Shown here: positions 20,002-29,222 of the stretch, in pieces
Numbering within the stretch: the stretch's first letter is position 1
How the letters are laid out: each line of letters opens with the position of its first letter
Assembly (NCBI RefSeq): GCF_045802675.1
Contig: NZ_JBJMQO010000130.1
Location: 22,550-86,549 of the forward strand
From: Archangium sp.
Lineage (GTDB): Bacteria > Myxococcota > Myxococcia > Myxococcales > Myxococcaceae
DNA length: 64,000 bases
Reading direction: 5' to 3'
The notes under the pieces: generated by a model
The model's input: the letters and a program-made list of their open reading frames with translations, nothing else
The model's database searches: none
Told to the model about the DNA's origin: nothing
Position numbers and translations under genes: made by a program

Positions 20002-21426
20002 ATGGCCGAGGAGCGGACGTACCTGGAGCTGTCGGAAGACGGAGGCGGCTCGCACAAGTTCTACGAGGTGAAGGTCGAGGGCAACTCCCTCACCGTTCGC
20101 TACGGCCGCATCGGCGACAAGGGCCAGACCCAGGTCTCCCAGTTCCCCACTCCCGATAAGGCCCTCGCCGAGGCCCGGAAGAAGATCAACGAGAAGGTCC
20201 GCAAGGGCTACGCCCCCGCCGTCCTGGGCGCTCGCACGAAGCGCTCCGTCACCCGCCGCGAAATCACCAGCGGCCGCTCCAACGCCACCCAGGCCCCGCT
20301 CCTGTGGAAGTTCAACTCGGGCGACCGCGCCTTCGGCGTCTTCGTGGACGACTCGCGCTGCTGGGTCGGCAATGAGAGCGGCTCCATCTACTCGGTGGAC
20401 CACGAGGGCCGCACCCTCTCCCAGTTCCGCCTCCTCGATGGGGTGAAGTGCATCGTCGCCGATGACCGCTGGCTCTACGCCGGGTGCGACGACGGCCGCG
20501 TCTACGACCTAGGCGGCAAGGTGCCGCGCGTGGCGTACAACATCTCCGACGACCTGGACATCTACTGGCTGGACATCAAGGACGGTGTCCTCGGCGTGTC
20601 CGACGCGGGCGGCAAGCTCACCGCCATCAACCACGAGGACGAGTCCCAGTGGGAGAAGCAGAGCGTCGGCACCCACGGGTGGATGGTGCGCTGCGACGAG
20701 CTCGGCATGTACCACGGCCACGCGCGCGGCGTGACCATGTACGACTGGGAGGACGGCCGCGAAATCTGGCACCGCCCCACCCAGGGCAACGTCATGTTCG
20801 GCTGGCAGGAGGAGTCCTCGCTCTACGCCTGCACCAACCTGGGCTTCGTCCACCGCTTCACCAAGAAGGGCGACGTGGGGCCCATCATGCAGTGCGATGC
20901 CGCCGTGTTCTCCTGCGCCGCCGTGGATGACGGCCGGTACGTCTTCGCCGGCGACAACATGTCCAGCGTCTACTGCTTCAACGACAAGGGCCAGCGGCTG
21001 TGGAAGCTGTCCACCGGGTGCGGCTCGGCCTTCTCCATGCAGTTCTTCCAGGACCGGCTCTACCTCGTCACCACCGAGGGCGTGCTCGGCTGCATCGACG
21101 CGAGCGAGAAGGCCATCCAGGCCGCGCAGTCCGGCTCGCTGCCCAAGGCACGCGACATCAAGGCGCCCGCGCCCATGGCCGCCGTGCCCACCAGCACCGT
21201 GGAGACCACGCGCGAGGCGGGCAAGGGCGTCATCGTCGAGTGCTACCAGGACGGCCCCCACGTGCGCGTGCGCGTGGTGTCCCCCGGCTACCGCCCCGAG
21301 TGGTACGTGCAATTCCCCAAGGACATCCGCCAGGCGGGCAGCCGCTACGTGGTGGAGGGCGTCCACGAGTCCGCGCGCGGTGGCTTCTACCGCGCCCATG
21401 GCGACATCCGCAGGCTGGTGAGCTGA
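20002..21426 (+). CDS. WGR domain + beta-propeller protein (retron-associated)
   Basis: HKFYEV..VRYGRIG WGR domain; repeated PQQ/WD-like blades; separate C-terminal domain. Confidence 0.88.
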   Translation: MAEERTYLELSEDGGGSHKFYEVKVEGNSLTVRYGRIGDKGQTQVSQFPTPDKALAEARKKINEKVRKGYAPAVLGARTKRSVTRREITSGRSNATQAPLLWKFNSGDRAFGVFVDDSRCWVGNESGSIYSVDHEGRTLSQFRLLDGVKCIVADDRWLYAGCDDGRVYDLGGKVPRVAYNISDDLDIYWLDIKDGVLGVSDAGGKLTAINHEDESQWEKQSVGTHGWMVRCDELGMYHGHARGVTMYDWEDGREIWHRPTQGNVMFGWQEESSLYACTNLGFVHRFTKKGDVGPIMQCDAAVFSCAAVDDGRYVFAGDNMSSVYCFNDKGQRLWKLSTGCGSAFSMQFFQDRLYLVTTEGVLGCIDASEKAIQAAQSGSLPKARDIKAPAPMAAVPTSTVETTREAGKGVIVECYQDGPHVRVRVVSPGYRPEWYVQFPKDIRQAGSRYVVEGVHESARGGFYRAHGDIRRLVS

Positions 21427-21427
21427 C

Positions 21428-24400
21428 GTGAAACTGCTCGAGCAGGTGACGCTGCTCTTCCAGGAGGGGAAGAGCGACAAGGTGTACGAGGTGGACCTCC
21501 TGGAGGTCTCCCCCGGCCAGTGCGTGGTGAACTTCCGCTACGGCCGGAGGGGCACCGCGCTCAAGGACGGCTCGAAGACGCCCGTGCCCGTGCCCCAGGC
21601 CGAGGCCAAACGCGTCTTCGACAAGCTCGTCCAGTCCAAGCTGGACTCGGGCTACCTGCGCGGCGGTGCGCCCGGGACTCCGGTGTCGCCTCCCACGCCC
21701 CGCGCGCCCGCGCCGCCGCCTCTCACCGTGGAGGCCCTGTCGGATACCTCGCCCCGCGAGCGCACCCTCCTGGAGCAGCTCCAGCAGGAGGCCACCGCCC
21801 GGCAGTGGTTCCGCCGCGCCAACGTGCGCGCCCAGCCCCGGGCCCTGGAGCGCGTCATCTGGCGCGTGGGCGAGCTGCGCCTGCGCGCCGCCGAGCCCCT
21901 GTTGCTGCCCCTGCTCGAGCGGGCCACGCCCCTGCGTGCGTACTGCGTCGCCGCCGCCCTGGGCCGCGTGGGCTCGGAGAAGTCCGTGTCCGCGCTCGGC
22001 CGGCTGTATGGGGACGCCTCCACGCCGGACATGGTGCGCCGCATCGCCACCGAGGCGTTGCTGCAACTGTCCGACGAGTCCACCCGCGCCGACTTCCGCC
22101 GGGACGTGCTGGCGAAGCTGCCCCCCGCGCTGCGCGAGCCGGCCCGGGGCTCGGACGCGGAGGCCTTCGGCAAGGCGCTCGATGCGCACCTCGCCTCCGG
22201 GAAGGAGGACGCGGCCGATGTCCTCGAGCCCCTGTACCTGGTGGACTCGGAGACGGTGCGGCCCGCGCTCCTGCGGGTGCTGCGCTCGCTGCCCTTCACC
22301 CTGCGCTCGGTGCGCGTGCTGCGCCACCTCTTCAAGGCCGCCGAGTACCGGTACGACGGCGAGGTGTTCGGCCTCATCGCCTGGCGCTACGAGAAGGAGC
22401 GCCCGCTCGGAGCCAGCCGGCCGCGCGGTTACACCCGCGACACGCGCCAGTACCTGCGGCGCCGGGTGTGGCGCACGCTGCGCCGCCTGGGCGAGCTGGA
22501 GAGCCCGGACTTCGTGAAGATGGCGGTGGGCGTGCTGCTCGCCTTCAGCGACGCGGACGCCTGCCCCGTGCACACCTCCGGCTATGGCAGCTACCAGAAG
22601 CAATGGGACGCGTGGTGGCCCTACTGGGCCTTCAACCAGCTCCTCTACCGGCAGAGCCCGCGCTACGAGCCCTATGAGAACGCGCTCGCCTTCGCTTGCA
22701 AGGGCGCGTACCGGCCCGGAGCGCGGGCGCCCGAGGTCCGCGAGGAGGCCTTCCCCCGGCTGTGGGAGCGCACTCCGGCGGGACTGCTGCACCTGCTCGA
22801 CGAGAGCCGCTGCGCCCCGGTGCACGACTTCGCCTCCCGCGCGCTGCGCGCCTGCCCGGACTTCCTCGCGCGGCTGGACGTGGACGCGGTGGCCATGCTG
22901 CTCGAGCGCCCCTACGAGTCCACCGCGCGCCTCGGCTTCGAGCTGGCCTCGCAGCGGCTGGACGCGCGGCGTGAGCCCCGGGCCCTGCTGCTCGCGGTGG
23001 CCCGCTCCTCGTACGCCCCCGCCCGTCAGCAGGCCTTCCGCTGGATGGACGAGGTGCGCCACTCCCTTCTCGAGGACTCCGGCTTCCTCGCGGGCCTGGC
23101 CACCGCGCCGCACTCGGACACCCGCGCCTATGCCCACACCCTCGTGCGCGGCTCCGTCCTCTCCGCGCAGGCGATGCAGGCGCTCGTGGGCCGGTTGGTG
23201 GCGGCGCTGCTGTCGCTGAAGACGCCGGAGGACGCGCCCATCGCCTCGGACGTGGCCCGCGTGGTGCTCGCCGCGCTGGGGCCCTCGCCCCGGGCCATGG
23301 GGCTGGAGGTGGTGCGCGACCTGCTCACCCACCCGCTGCCCGAGGTGCAGGAATTGGGCGGTGAGCTGCTCCTGCGCTGGGACTTGCGCGGCGAGCCCGT
23401 GCCGGAGGAATTGCTCCTCCTGCTGGTGCAGTCCGAGCACGCGCCGCTCCGGGCCCTGGGCCTGCGGCTGCTCGTGCTCCTCTCCGAGACCGAGGCCACG
23501 TTGCTCGCCCAGGAGGCGCTCCTCACGCGCCTGGCCACCAGCCGCGTGCCGGACGTGCGCGCCGCGGTGCGCCCGTTGCTCGGGAGGCTCATGGCCGCGA
23601 GCCCCTCGGCGGGAGAGCGGGTGGTGGAGGCCCTGCTGGCCGCGCTGCTGCGCCGCCGCCTGCCCGAGGGCGTACCTGCCCATGTGGCCGCGCTCCTGTC
23701 CGGAGAGCTCGCGCCCGCGCTGGCCGCGTTGCCGGTGGAGACGGCGTGGCGGCTGCTCGACTCCGAGGACGCCGATGCGCAGACGGTGGGCGCGGCGTTG
23801 CTCGAGCGCCATGGCACGGTGCTGACGGTGGATGTGGCGCGCGCGGTGAAGCTCGCCGGGCTGGACGTGCTCGCGGTGCGCGAGTGGGCCTGGCGCTGGC
23901 TGGAGGCCCATGTGCCCGAGGTGCGCGCGGAGCTGGCCACGGCGGTGGGGATGCTCGACGCGCGTTGGGACGACACCCGCGCCTTCGGCTTCCGCTACTT
24001 CCGCGAGCGCTTCACCCCGGAGGACTTCTCGTTGGAGGTGCTCGTCTCCGTGGCGGACAGCGTGCGCAAGGACGTGCAGGCCTTCGGGCGGGAGCTGCTC
24101 ACGCGCTCGTTCCGCGAGGAGGACGGGCCCACGCTGCTGGTGCGCCTGTCCGAGCACCCCTCGCCCGCGGTGCAGCTCTTTGCCACCAACTACCTGGAGC
24201 GCTTCGCCAGTGGCAAACCGGCGCTGGTGGAGCAGCTGGTGCCGTACTTCATCCGGGTGCTGAGCCAGGTGAACAAGGGCCGCGTCGCGCGCCAGCGGGT
24301 GCTGGGCTTCCTCCAGCGCGAGGGCCGGGGCACCGAGGCCAATGGCCGCGTGGCCATGGAGGTGCTGCACCGGATGTCAGCCACCATCGCTATAGAGCAC

Positions 24401-24502
24401 CGGGCCGCGGCGCTGGAGGCCATGGTGGCCATCGCCAGGGCGCAGCCGGCCATTCCCATTCCCTTCCACATCCGTCCGGTGGAGGTCCGCCGTGCAGTTT
24501 GA
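21428..24502 (+). CDS. WGR domain + HEAT/ARM-repeat protein (retron-associated)
   Basis: SDKVYEV..FRYGRRG WGR domain followed by a long Leu/Ala helical repeat region; starts 1 nt after the upstream stop. Confidence 0.85.
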   Translation: MKLLEQVTLLFQEGKSDKVYEVDLLEVSPGQCVVNFRYGRRGTALKDGSKTPVPVPQAEAKRVFDKLVQSKLDSGYLRGGAPGTPVSPPTPRAPAPPPLTVEALSDTSPRERTLLEQLQQEATARQWFRRANVRAQPRALERVIWRVGELRLRAAEPLLLPLLERATPLRAYCVAAALGRVGSEKSVSALGRLYGDASTPDMVRRIATEALLQLSDESTRADFRRDVLAKLPPALREPARGSDAEAFGKALDAHLASGKEDAADVLEPLYLVDSETVRPALLRVLRSLPFTLRSVRVLRHLFKAAEYRYDGEVFGLIAWRYEKERPLGASRPRGYTRDTRQYLRRRVWRTLRRLGELESPDFVKMAVGVLLAFSDADACPVHTSGYGSYQKQWDAWWPYWAFNQLLYRQSPRYEPYENALAFACKGAYRPGARAPEVREEAFPRLWERTPAGLLHLLDESRCAPVHDFASRALRACPDFLARLDVDAVAMLLERPYESTARLGFELASQRLDARREPRALLLAVARSSYAPARQQAFRWMDEVRHSLLEDSGFLAGLATAPHSDTRAYAHTLVRGSVLSAQAMQALVGRLVAALLSLKTPEDAPIASDVARVVLAALGPSPRAMGLEVVRDLLTHPLPEVQELGGELLLRWDLRGEPVPEELLLLLVQSEHAPLRALGLRLLVLLSETEATLLAQEALLTRLATSRVPDVRAAVRPLLGRLMAASPSAGERVVEALLAALLRRRLPEGVPAHVAALLSGELAPALAALPVETAWRLLDSEDADAQTVGAALLERHGTVLTVDVARAVKLAGLDVLAVREWAWRWLEAHVPEVRAELATAVGMLDARWDDTRAFGFRYFRERFTPEDFSLEVLVSVADSVRKDVQAFGRELLTRSFREEDGPTLLVRLSEHPSPAVQLFATNYLERFASGKPALVEQLVPYFIRVLSQVNKGRVARQRVLGFLQREGRGTEANGRVAMEVLHRMSATIAIEHRAAALEAMVAIARAQPAIPIPFHIRPVEVRRAV

Positions 24503-26138
24503 GTACTCCTACGCGGGCAGCACCACGGTGCAAAACCGGGGCGACAGCACCGAGCTGTCCTTCGCGCCGGACCTCAAGCGCGAGCCCACCTTCTTCTCCG
24601 GCGAGCTGCGCCAGAACGTGGCCTTCCGCGAGGCCATCTCCGCGCTCCACGACGTGGTGGTGTCGGACCTGCGCTTCAAGCCCAAGGACAAGACGGCCTA
24701 CAAGGCCTGGGCCGCGCAGCAGGAGCAGGTGGACCTGGCGGCCATCGCCGCGCAGAAGCAGTCGGTGGTCAGCCGCCTCAAGGCCCTGCGCGAGGAGCTC
24801 CAGGCGCTGGATACGGACAGCGCCCGGCGGATGAGCGGCTTCCACTCGGCGCGCGCGCGCTACTTCCAATACCTCTACGAGAAGAACCGGGACATGTGGT
24901 TCGTGTTCGACCCGGTCATCACCGTCCACCCGGACGAGTGCTTCTTCGAGTGCTTCAGCCAGGACGAATCCAGCTATGGACGGCTCGGCGCCAGCTACGA
25001 GGTGTTCCAGAACGTCGGCGAGTTCTCCTGCGGCACCACCAACATCGACTACTCGACGCCGCTCTACGACGAGTTCCAGAAGATCCGCTCCTACAAGCGC
25101 ACGCGCTTCGAGGTGGACCCGAGCGGCTTCACCACGAAGACGGGCACGGACGCGGCGTACAAGGAGGTGAAGATCGACCTCCCGGACTCGTGGGTGCGCG
25201 GCTTCCTCCAGGTGAACTCGGCGATGGCGCTGCCGGCGGTGCGCTTCACGCTGCACCCCATGGACGTGCACAACTTCCTCTTCGTGCTCAAGCGTCACAA
25301 GGAGAAGAAGGGGCCGCGCTCCATGCGCTACGTGCTGGCGCCGGGGCAGCCCGTCAAGGTCATCTTCGAGCCGTGGGGCACGGAGGTGGTGTGCCGGCGC
25401 TCGGTGTTCGAGGGCGAGGGCTCGCACGACCTTCGCGTGTGGGGCCGCCGGCGCCTGGGCGTGCTCGAGCGGCTGATTCCCGTGGCCCGGCGCTTCACCG
25501 TGCACCTGCTGGGCTCGGGGCTGCCGTCCTTCTACGTGGCGGACCTGGGGGACCTGTCCTTCACGCTGGGCCTGTCCGGGTGGACGGCCAATGACTGGGC
25601 CACCGCGGGCAACTTCGACCTGATGGCGCCGCGCGGGCAGGTGGACGACTTCACCCGCCGCCGCGTGTTCGACGCCCTCAAGGAGACGTGGTCCGCGAAG
25701 CCCGAGGCCCTGGCCGCGAAGCTGGGGCTGGAGCGCGGCACGGTGCTCGGCGCGCTGTCGGCGTGGACGCAGGCGGGGCGGGCCATCTGGGATTTGAACA
25801 AGGGCGTGTACCGGGCGCGCGAGCTGAGCCGTGAGCCCCTGCCCATGGACAAGCTGCGCTTCGCCAACGAGCGCGAGGAGCGTGCCTCGCGCTTCCTGGA
25901 CGCGGGGGCGGTGGTGGTGAAGGCGCGGGTGTCGCCCGCGGACGGCTCGGTGGAGCTGAGCGGCACGGTGCGCCAAGGGGACAAGGTGCTGCGTCCCACT
26001 TTGCGGCTCGACGCGGACCAGCGTATGGTTTTCGGCGAGTGCACGTGCAACTTCTTCCAGCAGAACAAGTTGTTCCGGGGGCCGTGCGAGCACCTGCTCG
26101 CGTTGCGGCTCCAGCACTCACGGGTGTCTCGCACATGA
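24492..26138 (+). CDS. SWIM zinc-finger protein (retron-associated)
   Basis: C-terminal CTC...CEH (CxC-n-CxH); DPVITVHPD and WVRGFLQV blocks; 11-nt overlap with the upstream gene. Confidence 0.88.
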   Translation: MQFEYSYAGSTTVQNRGDSTELSFAPDLKREPTFFSGELRQNVAFREAISALHDVVVSDLRFKPKDKTAYKAWAAQQEQVDLAAIAAQKQSVVSRLKALREELQALDTDSARRMSGFHSARARYFQYLYEKNRDMWFVFDPVITVHPDECFFECFSQDESSYGRLGASYEVFQNVGEFSCGTTNIDYSTPLYDEFQKIRSYKRTRFEVDPSGFTTKTGTDAAYKEVKIDLPDSWVRGFLQVNSAMALPAVRFTLHPMDVHNFLFVLKRHKEKKGPRSMRYVLAPGQPVKVIFEPWGTEVVCRRSVFEGEGSHDLRVWGRRRLGVLERLIPVARRFTVHLLGSGLPSFYVADLGDLSFTLGLSGWTANDWATAGNFDLMAPRGQVDDFTRRRVFDALKETWSAKPEALAAKLGLERGTVLGALSAWTQAGRAIWDLNKGVYRARELSREPLPMDKLRFANEREERASRFLDAGAVVVKARVSPADGSVELSGTVRQGDKVLRPTLRLDADQRMVFGECTCNFFQQNKLFRGPCEHLLALRLQHSRVSRT

Positions 26139-26143
26139 GCGCG

Positions 26144-26397
26144 GAGAGGGTCCGCGCACGCGGCGGTCAGGGGGCAGTACCTTGCAATCCGGACGGTGTT
26201 TCGCCGTCCATGCCTCATGGCCTGTCATGCTTCACTGGCCCGCTCTTTACTGTGCGGTGCCTCCCTCCCTGTGGCGGCAGCGTTGTCGACCTCGTAGGTC
26301 CAGCGCGCCACAGGGAGGGGGCACCGCTTGAGTTGAGACGGTCCAGTCCCGAGAGCAGTACGAAGGTGCTCTCTGACCGCCGCGTGGACGGACCCTC
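26144..26397 (+). ncRNA. msr-msd: Retron msr-msd non-coding RNA
   Basis: a1/a2 inverted repeat 26146-26170 / 26373-26397 (14 + 9 perfect bp around 2 mismatches); msr hairpin 26191-26209; long msd hairpin 26254-26327, extendable to ~26234-26347; lies directly 5' of a retron RT. Confidence 0.88.
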
Positions 26398-26417
26398 CCT
26401 GCCTCTCTAGAGCGACC

Positions 26418-27998
26418 ATGTCCTCTCAGCCCCCTCGCAACCGGCAGGAGCTGTACGACCGCATCCGCGCCACCTCCAAGGAGGAGGTCATCCTCGAGGA
26501 GATGGTGCGCCTGGGCTTCTGGCCCGCGCGCAGTGGCATCCCCGGGGACCCCGTGGACGTGCTGCACCGGCGCAACGAGCTGCTGGGGGAAATCCGCGCG
26601 CTCGCCACCGAGCAGAGCCGCCTGGGCAACCTGGAGGCGCTGAAGCGCGAGCTGCGCAAGCGGCGGCTGGAGGAGAGCCGGCGCAAGCAGCAGGAGACGA
26701 AGGAGCGGCGCGAGCGCGAGCGGCTGGCGCGGGCCGCGGCCTGGAAGGAGCGCAAGGGCGGGGAGCTGCTCTTCCTCGGCCGGGGCGTGTCCGGCGGCCT
26801 GAGCGAGCGCACCCCGGACGAGGCGAGGCTTTCGCGTCTGGGATTGCCGGTGCTGGCCACGCCGGAGGTGCTGGCGGGAGCGCTGGGGCTGAGCGTGGGG
26901 AAGCTCCGGGCGCTGTGCTTCACGCGCACCGCGTCCACCACGACGAACTACGTGCGCTTCCTGCTGCCCAAGAAGACGGGCGGCACCCGGCTCATCTCCG
27001 CGCCCATGCCCCGGCTCAAGGCCGCGCAGGCGTGGGTGCTGGAGAACATCCTCGAGAAGGTGCCCGTGCACGAGGCGGCGCATGGCTTCCGTGCCGGGCG
27101 CTCCATCGTCACCAACGCGCGGCCACACGTGGGCTCGGGCGTGGTGGTGAACCTGGACTTGAAGGACTTCTTCCCCTCGGTGCGCTACCCGCGGGTGAAG
27201 GGCGTCTTCGCGCGGCTGGGCTACAGCGAGGCCACCGCCACGGTGCTCGCGTTGTTGTGCACCGAGCCGGACGTGGAAGAGGTGGAGCTGGACGGGCAGC
27301 GCTTCTACGTCACCCAGGGTGGGCGGCGGCTGCCCCAGGGCGCGCCCACCTCGCCCGCGCTGACGAACCTCCTTTGCCGGCGGTTGGACAGACGGCTGGC
27401 GGGCGCGGCGCGCAAGCTGGGCTTCGTCTACACGCGCTACGCGGATGACCTCACGTTCTCCGCCCATGGGCCGGGGCCGCACGACGCCGGCGAGCTGCTG
27501 CGCTTCGTGCGCTGGGTGGTGGGCCAGGAGGACTTCACCCCGCACCCCGACAAGACGCGCGTGCTGCGCCGGGGCCGGCAGCAGGAGGTGACGGGCGTCG
27601 TCGTCAACGACAAGCTCGGCGTGGATCGCCAAACGCTCAAGCGCTTCCGCGCCCTGCTGCACCAGCTCGAGAAGAGCGGACCCGAGGGCAAGCGGTGGGG
27701 GCAGGGCGGGGACGTCATCGCCTCGGCCGTGGGCTACGCGAACTACGTGGCCATGGTGGACCCGGTGAAGGGCAAGGCGCTGCAGCAGAAGGCCCGGGCC
27801 CTCGAGGCGCGCTACGGCCGCCGTCCCACCGCTCCCCCCCGCGCGAAGGCGGCCCCCGTGGCCACCGGCTCCGCGTCCGTGTCCTCCGTGGCTCCGGCGC
27901 AGGCTCCGGCCGCCCCGCCCGTGGCTCCCGCCGCCAGCCCGGGGAGCGAGCAGAAGCCCGCCGAGCCTCCGAAGAAGAAGTGGTGGAAGCTGTTCTGA
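26418..27998 (+). CDS. ret: Retron-type reverse transcriptase
   Basis: PKKTGG.RLI.AP, AHGF, NARPH (NAxxH), DLKDFF, LPQGAPTSP, YTRYADD, QEVTG; charged N-terminal extension. Confidence 0.96.
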   Translation: MSSQPPRNRQELYDRIRATSKEEVILEEMVRLGFWPARSGIPGDPVDVLHRRNELLGEIRALATEQSRLGNLEALKRELRKRRLEESRRKQQETKERRERERLARAAAWKERKGGELLFLGRGVSGGLSERTPDEARLSRLGLPVLATPEVLAGALGLSVGKLRALCFTRTASTTTNYVRFLLPKKTGGTRLISAPMPRLKAAQAWVLENILEKVPVHEAAHGFRAGRSIVTNARPHVGSGVVVNLDLKDFFPSVRYPRVKGVFARLGYSEATATVLALLCTEPDVEEVELDGQRFYVTQGGRRLPQGAPTSPALTNLLCRRLDRRLAGAARKLGFVYTRYADDLTFSAHGPGPHDAGELLRFVRWVVGQEDFTPHPDKTRVLRRGRQQEVTGVVVNDKLGVDRQTLKRFRALLHQLEKSGPEGKRWGQGGDVIASAVGYANYVAMVDPVKGKALQQKARALEARYGRRPTAPPRAKAAPVATGSASVSSVAPAQAPAAPPVAPAASPGSEQKPAEPPKKKWWKLF

Positions 27999-28024
27999 GC
28001 CGGGACTCGCGTTAGGGTCCGGCC

Positions 28025-28294
28025 GTGAACGTGAACGGAGAAGTCGCCACCGGGGACCTCATCGTCCTGGTGCTTGGAGCGCTGCTGGCGCTCGGAGTCG
28101 TCTACTGGCTGCTGGCCGGCAACGAGGTCGGCCGCCTGAAGGACCAATACCTGCGCAGCGTCCACCTGCCGCGCGCCGAGGCCGAGCAGTCCCTCGCGCG
28201 TCACCTGGCCCGCATCCGGGAGCGCCACCCGGGCAAGTCCGAGGCGTGGTACCTGCGCCAGGTGCTCGCCGAGCTGCACCGCGATCGCCGCTGA
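28025..28294 (+). CDS. Small single-TM protein downstream of the RT
   Basis: One hydrophobic helix, then a short helical domain (RHPGKSEAWYL). Confidence 0.6.
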   Translation: MNVNGEVATGDLIVLVLGALLALGVVYWLLAGNEVGRLKDQYLRSVHLPRAEAEQSLARHLARIRERHPGKSEAWYLRQVLAELHRDRR

Positions 28295-28364
28295 GAAAAG
28301 ACGACGGCCCGGAGACCGCGACCCACGCGGTTCCAGGCCTTCTTGGAGGGGACAGCGAAATGGA

Positions 28365-28952
28365 TTAGCGCGTGCCCGAGGCCGCGCAGCGCAGCATCAT
28401 CGCCTCGAGCTCCATGCGCGTCTGGGCGAGCGACTCGCGGCGCAGATCCTGGCGCAGCGCGTTCGACAGCGAGCGCGACAGGGTGCGGACGATGGCCAGC
28501 TCGTCCGAGGACCAGCGGCGCTCGTTCTGGCAGTCGTCCAGCCGCAGGAAGCCCCACCACTGGCCGTTGAGGTTGCCCACGTTGATGGGGCTGAGGAGCA
28601 CCGACTTCACGCCCTGCGCCTCCAGGTTCACGTGCAGCGGGCCCGGGATGTTGCGCACCAGCTCCCAGACGGGCTGGCCGCGCGAGAGCACCTCCACCCA
28701 GCCGGCCATCTGATCCTTCAGCGGGAACGTCTGCAGCAGCGGCGTCATCGGGGCCACGCCCCAGACGTGACGCATCGGCGCCTGCCGGCGGCCCGGCATC
28801 GTCGCCAGGGTGTTCTCGTACACCACCGCCCGGTCCACGCCGATGGCCTTGCCCACCATCTCGATGGCCGACAGGACCGCCTTGGACGTGAACCCCTGCT
28901 CCACGAGCAGCTTCGAGGCCTCGGTCACCTTCGTGAATGCTTCGAGGGACAT
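28365..28952 (-). CDS. Stand-alone GAF domain protein
   Basis: VDRAVVY, QGVKSVLLSPI, WWGFLRLDDC..ERRWS.DE pattern; GGAGG RBS. Confidence 0.8.
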   Translation of the reverse strand: MSLEAFTKVTEASKLLVEQGFTSKAVLSAIEMVGKAIGVDRAVVYENTLATMPGRRQAPMRHVWGVAPMTPLLQTFPLKDQMAGWVEVLSRGQPVWELVRNIPGPLHVNLEAQGVKSVLLSPINVGNLNGQWWGFLRLDDCQNERRWSSDELAIVRTLSRSLSNALRQDLRRESLAQTRMELEAMMLRCAASGTR

Positions 28953-29222
28953 CGCATCCTCCGTTCCGAGGGGTCCGGGTGGAAACCCAGAATAATCAGA
29001 CTCAGTCGCCTTCCTAGCGACTCATGAGTTCATTGAACAGCAAGAAGGGCCGGACTGTCAAGCCTCGCTGGATTTTCCTAGTTCGTCCGCAATTTCATGT
29101 TTTCCGGGAGTGAACCTCCCCGCACAGGTCCCCCGTGCACCGGCCCCCATCCGAGGGCCGGCTCGGTTAGCCTCGGGGGCGCCGGTGCCGGCCGGTGGGC
29201 CCGGATCTGGAGGTCTCTCGGG

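Noticed and set aside
21230-24370. 1046-aa minus-strand ORF within the retron locus
   Set aside because: Antisense shadow of the WGR-HEAT gene.
26418-27998. RT as a group II intron, DGR or CRISPR-associated RT
   Set aside because: It has NAxxH and VTG motifs plus an upstream a1/a2-bounded RNA. I saw no maturase/endonuclease domain, TR/VR pair, cas1 or array.
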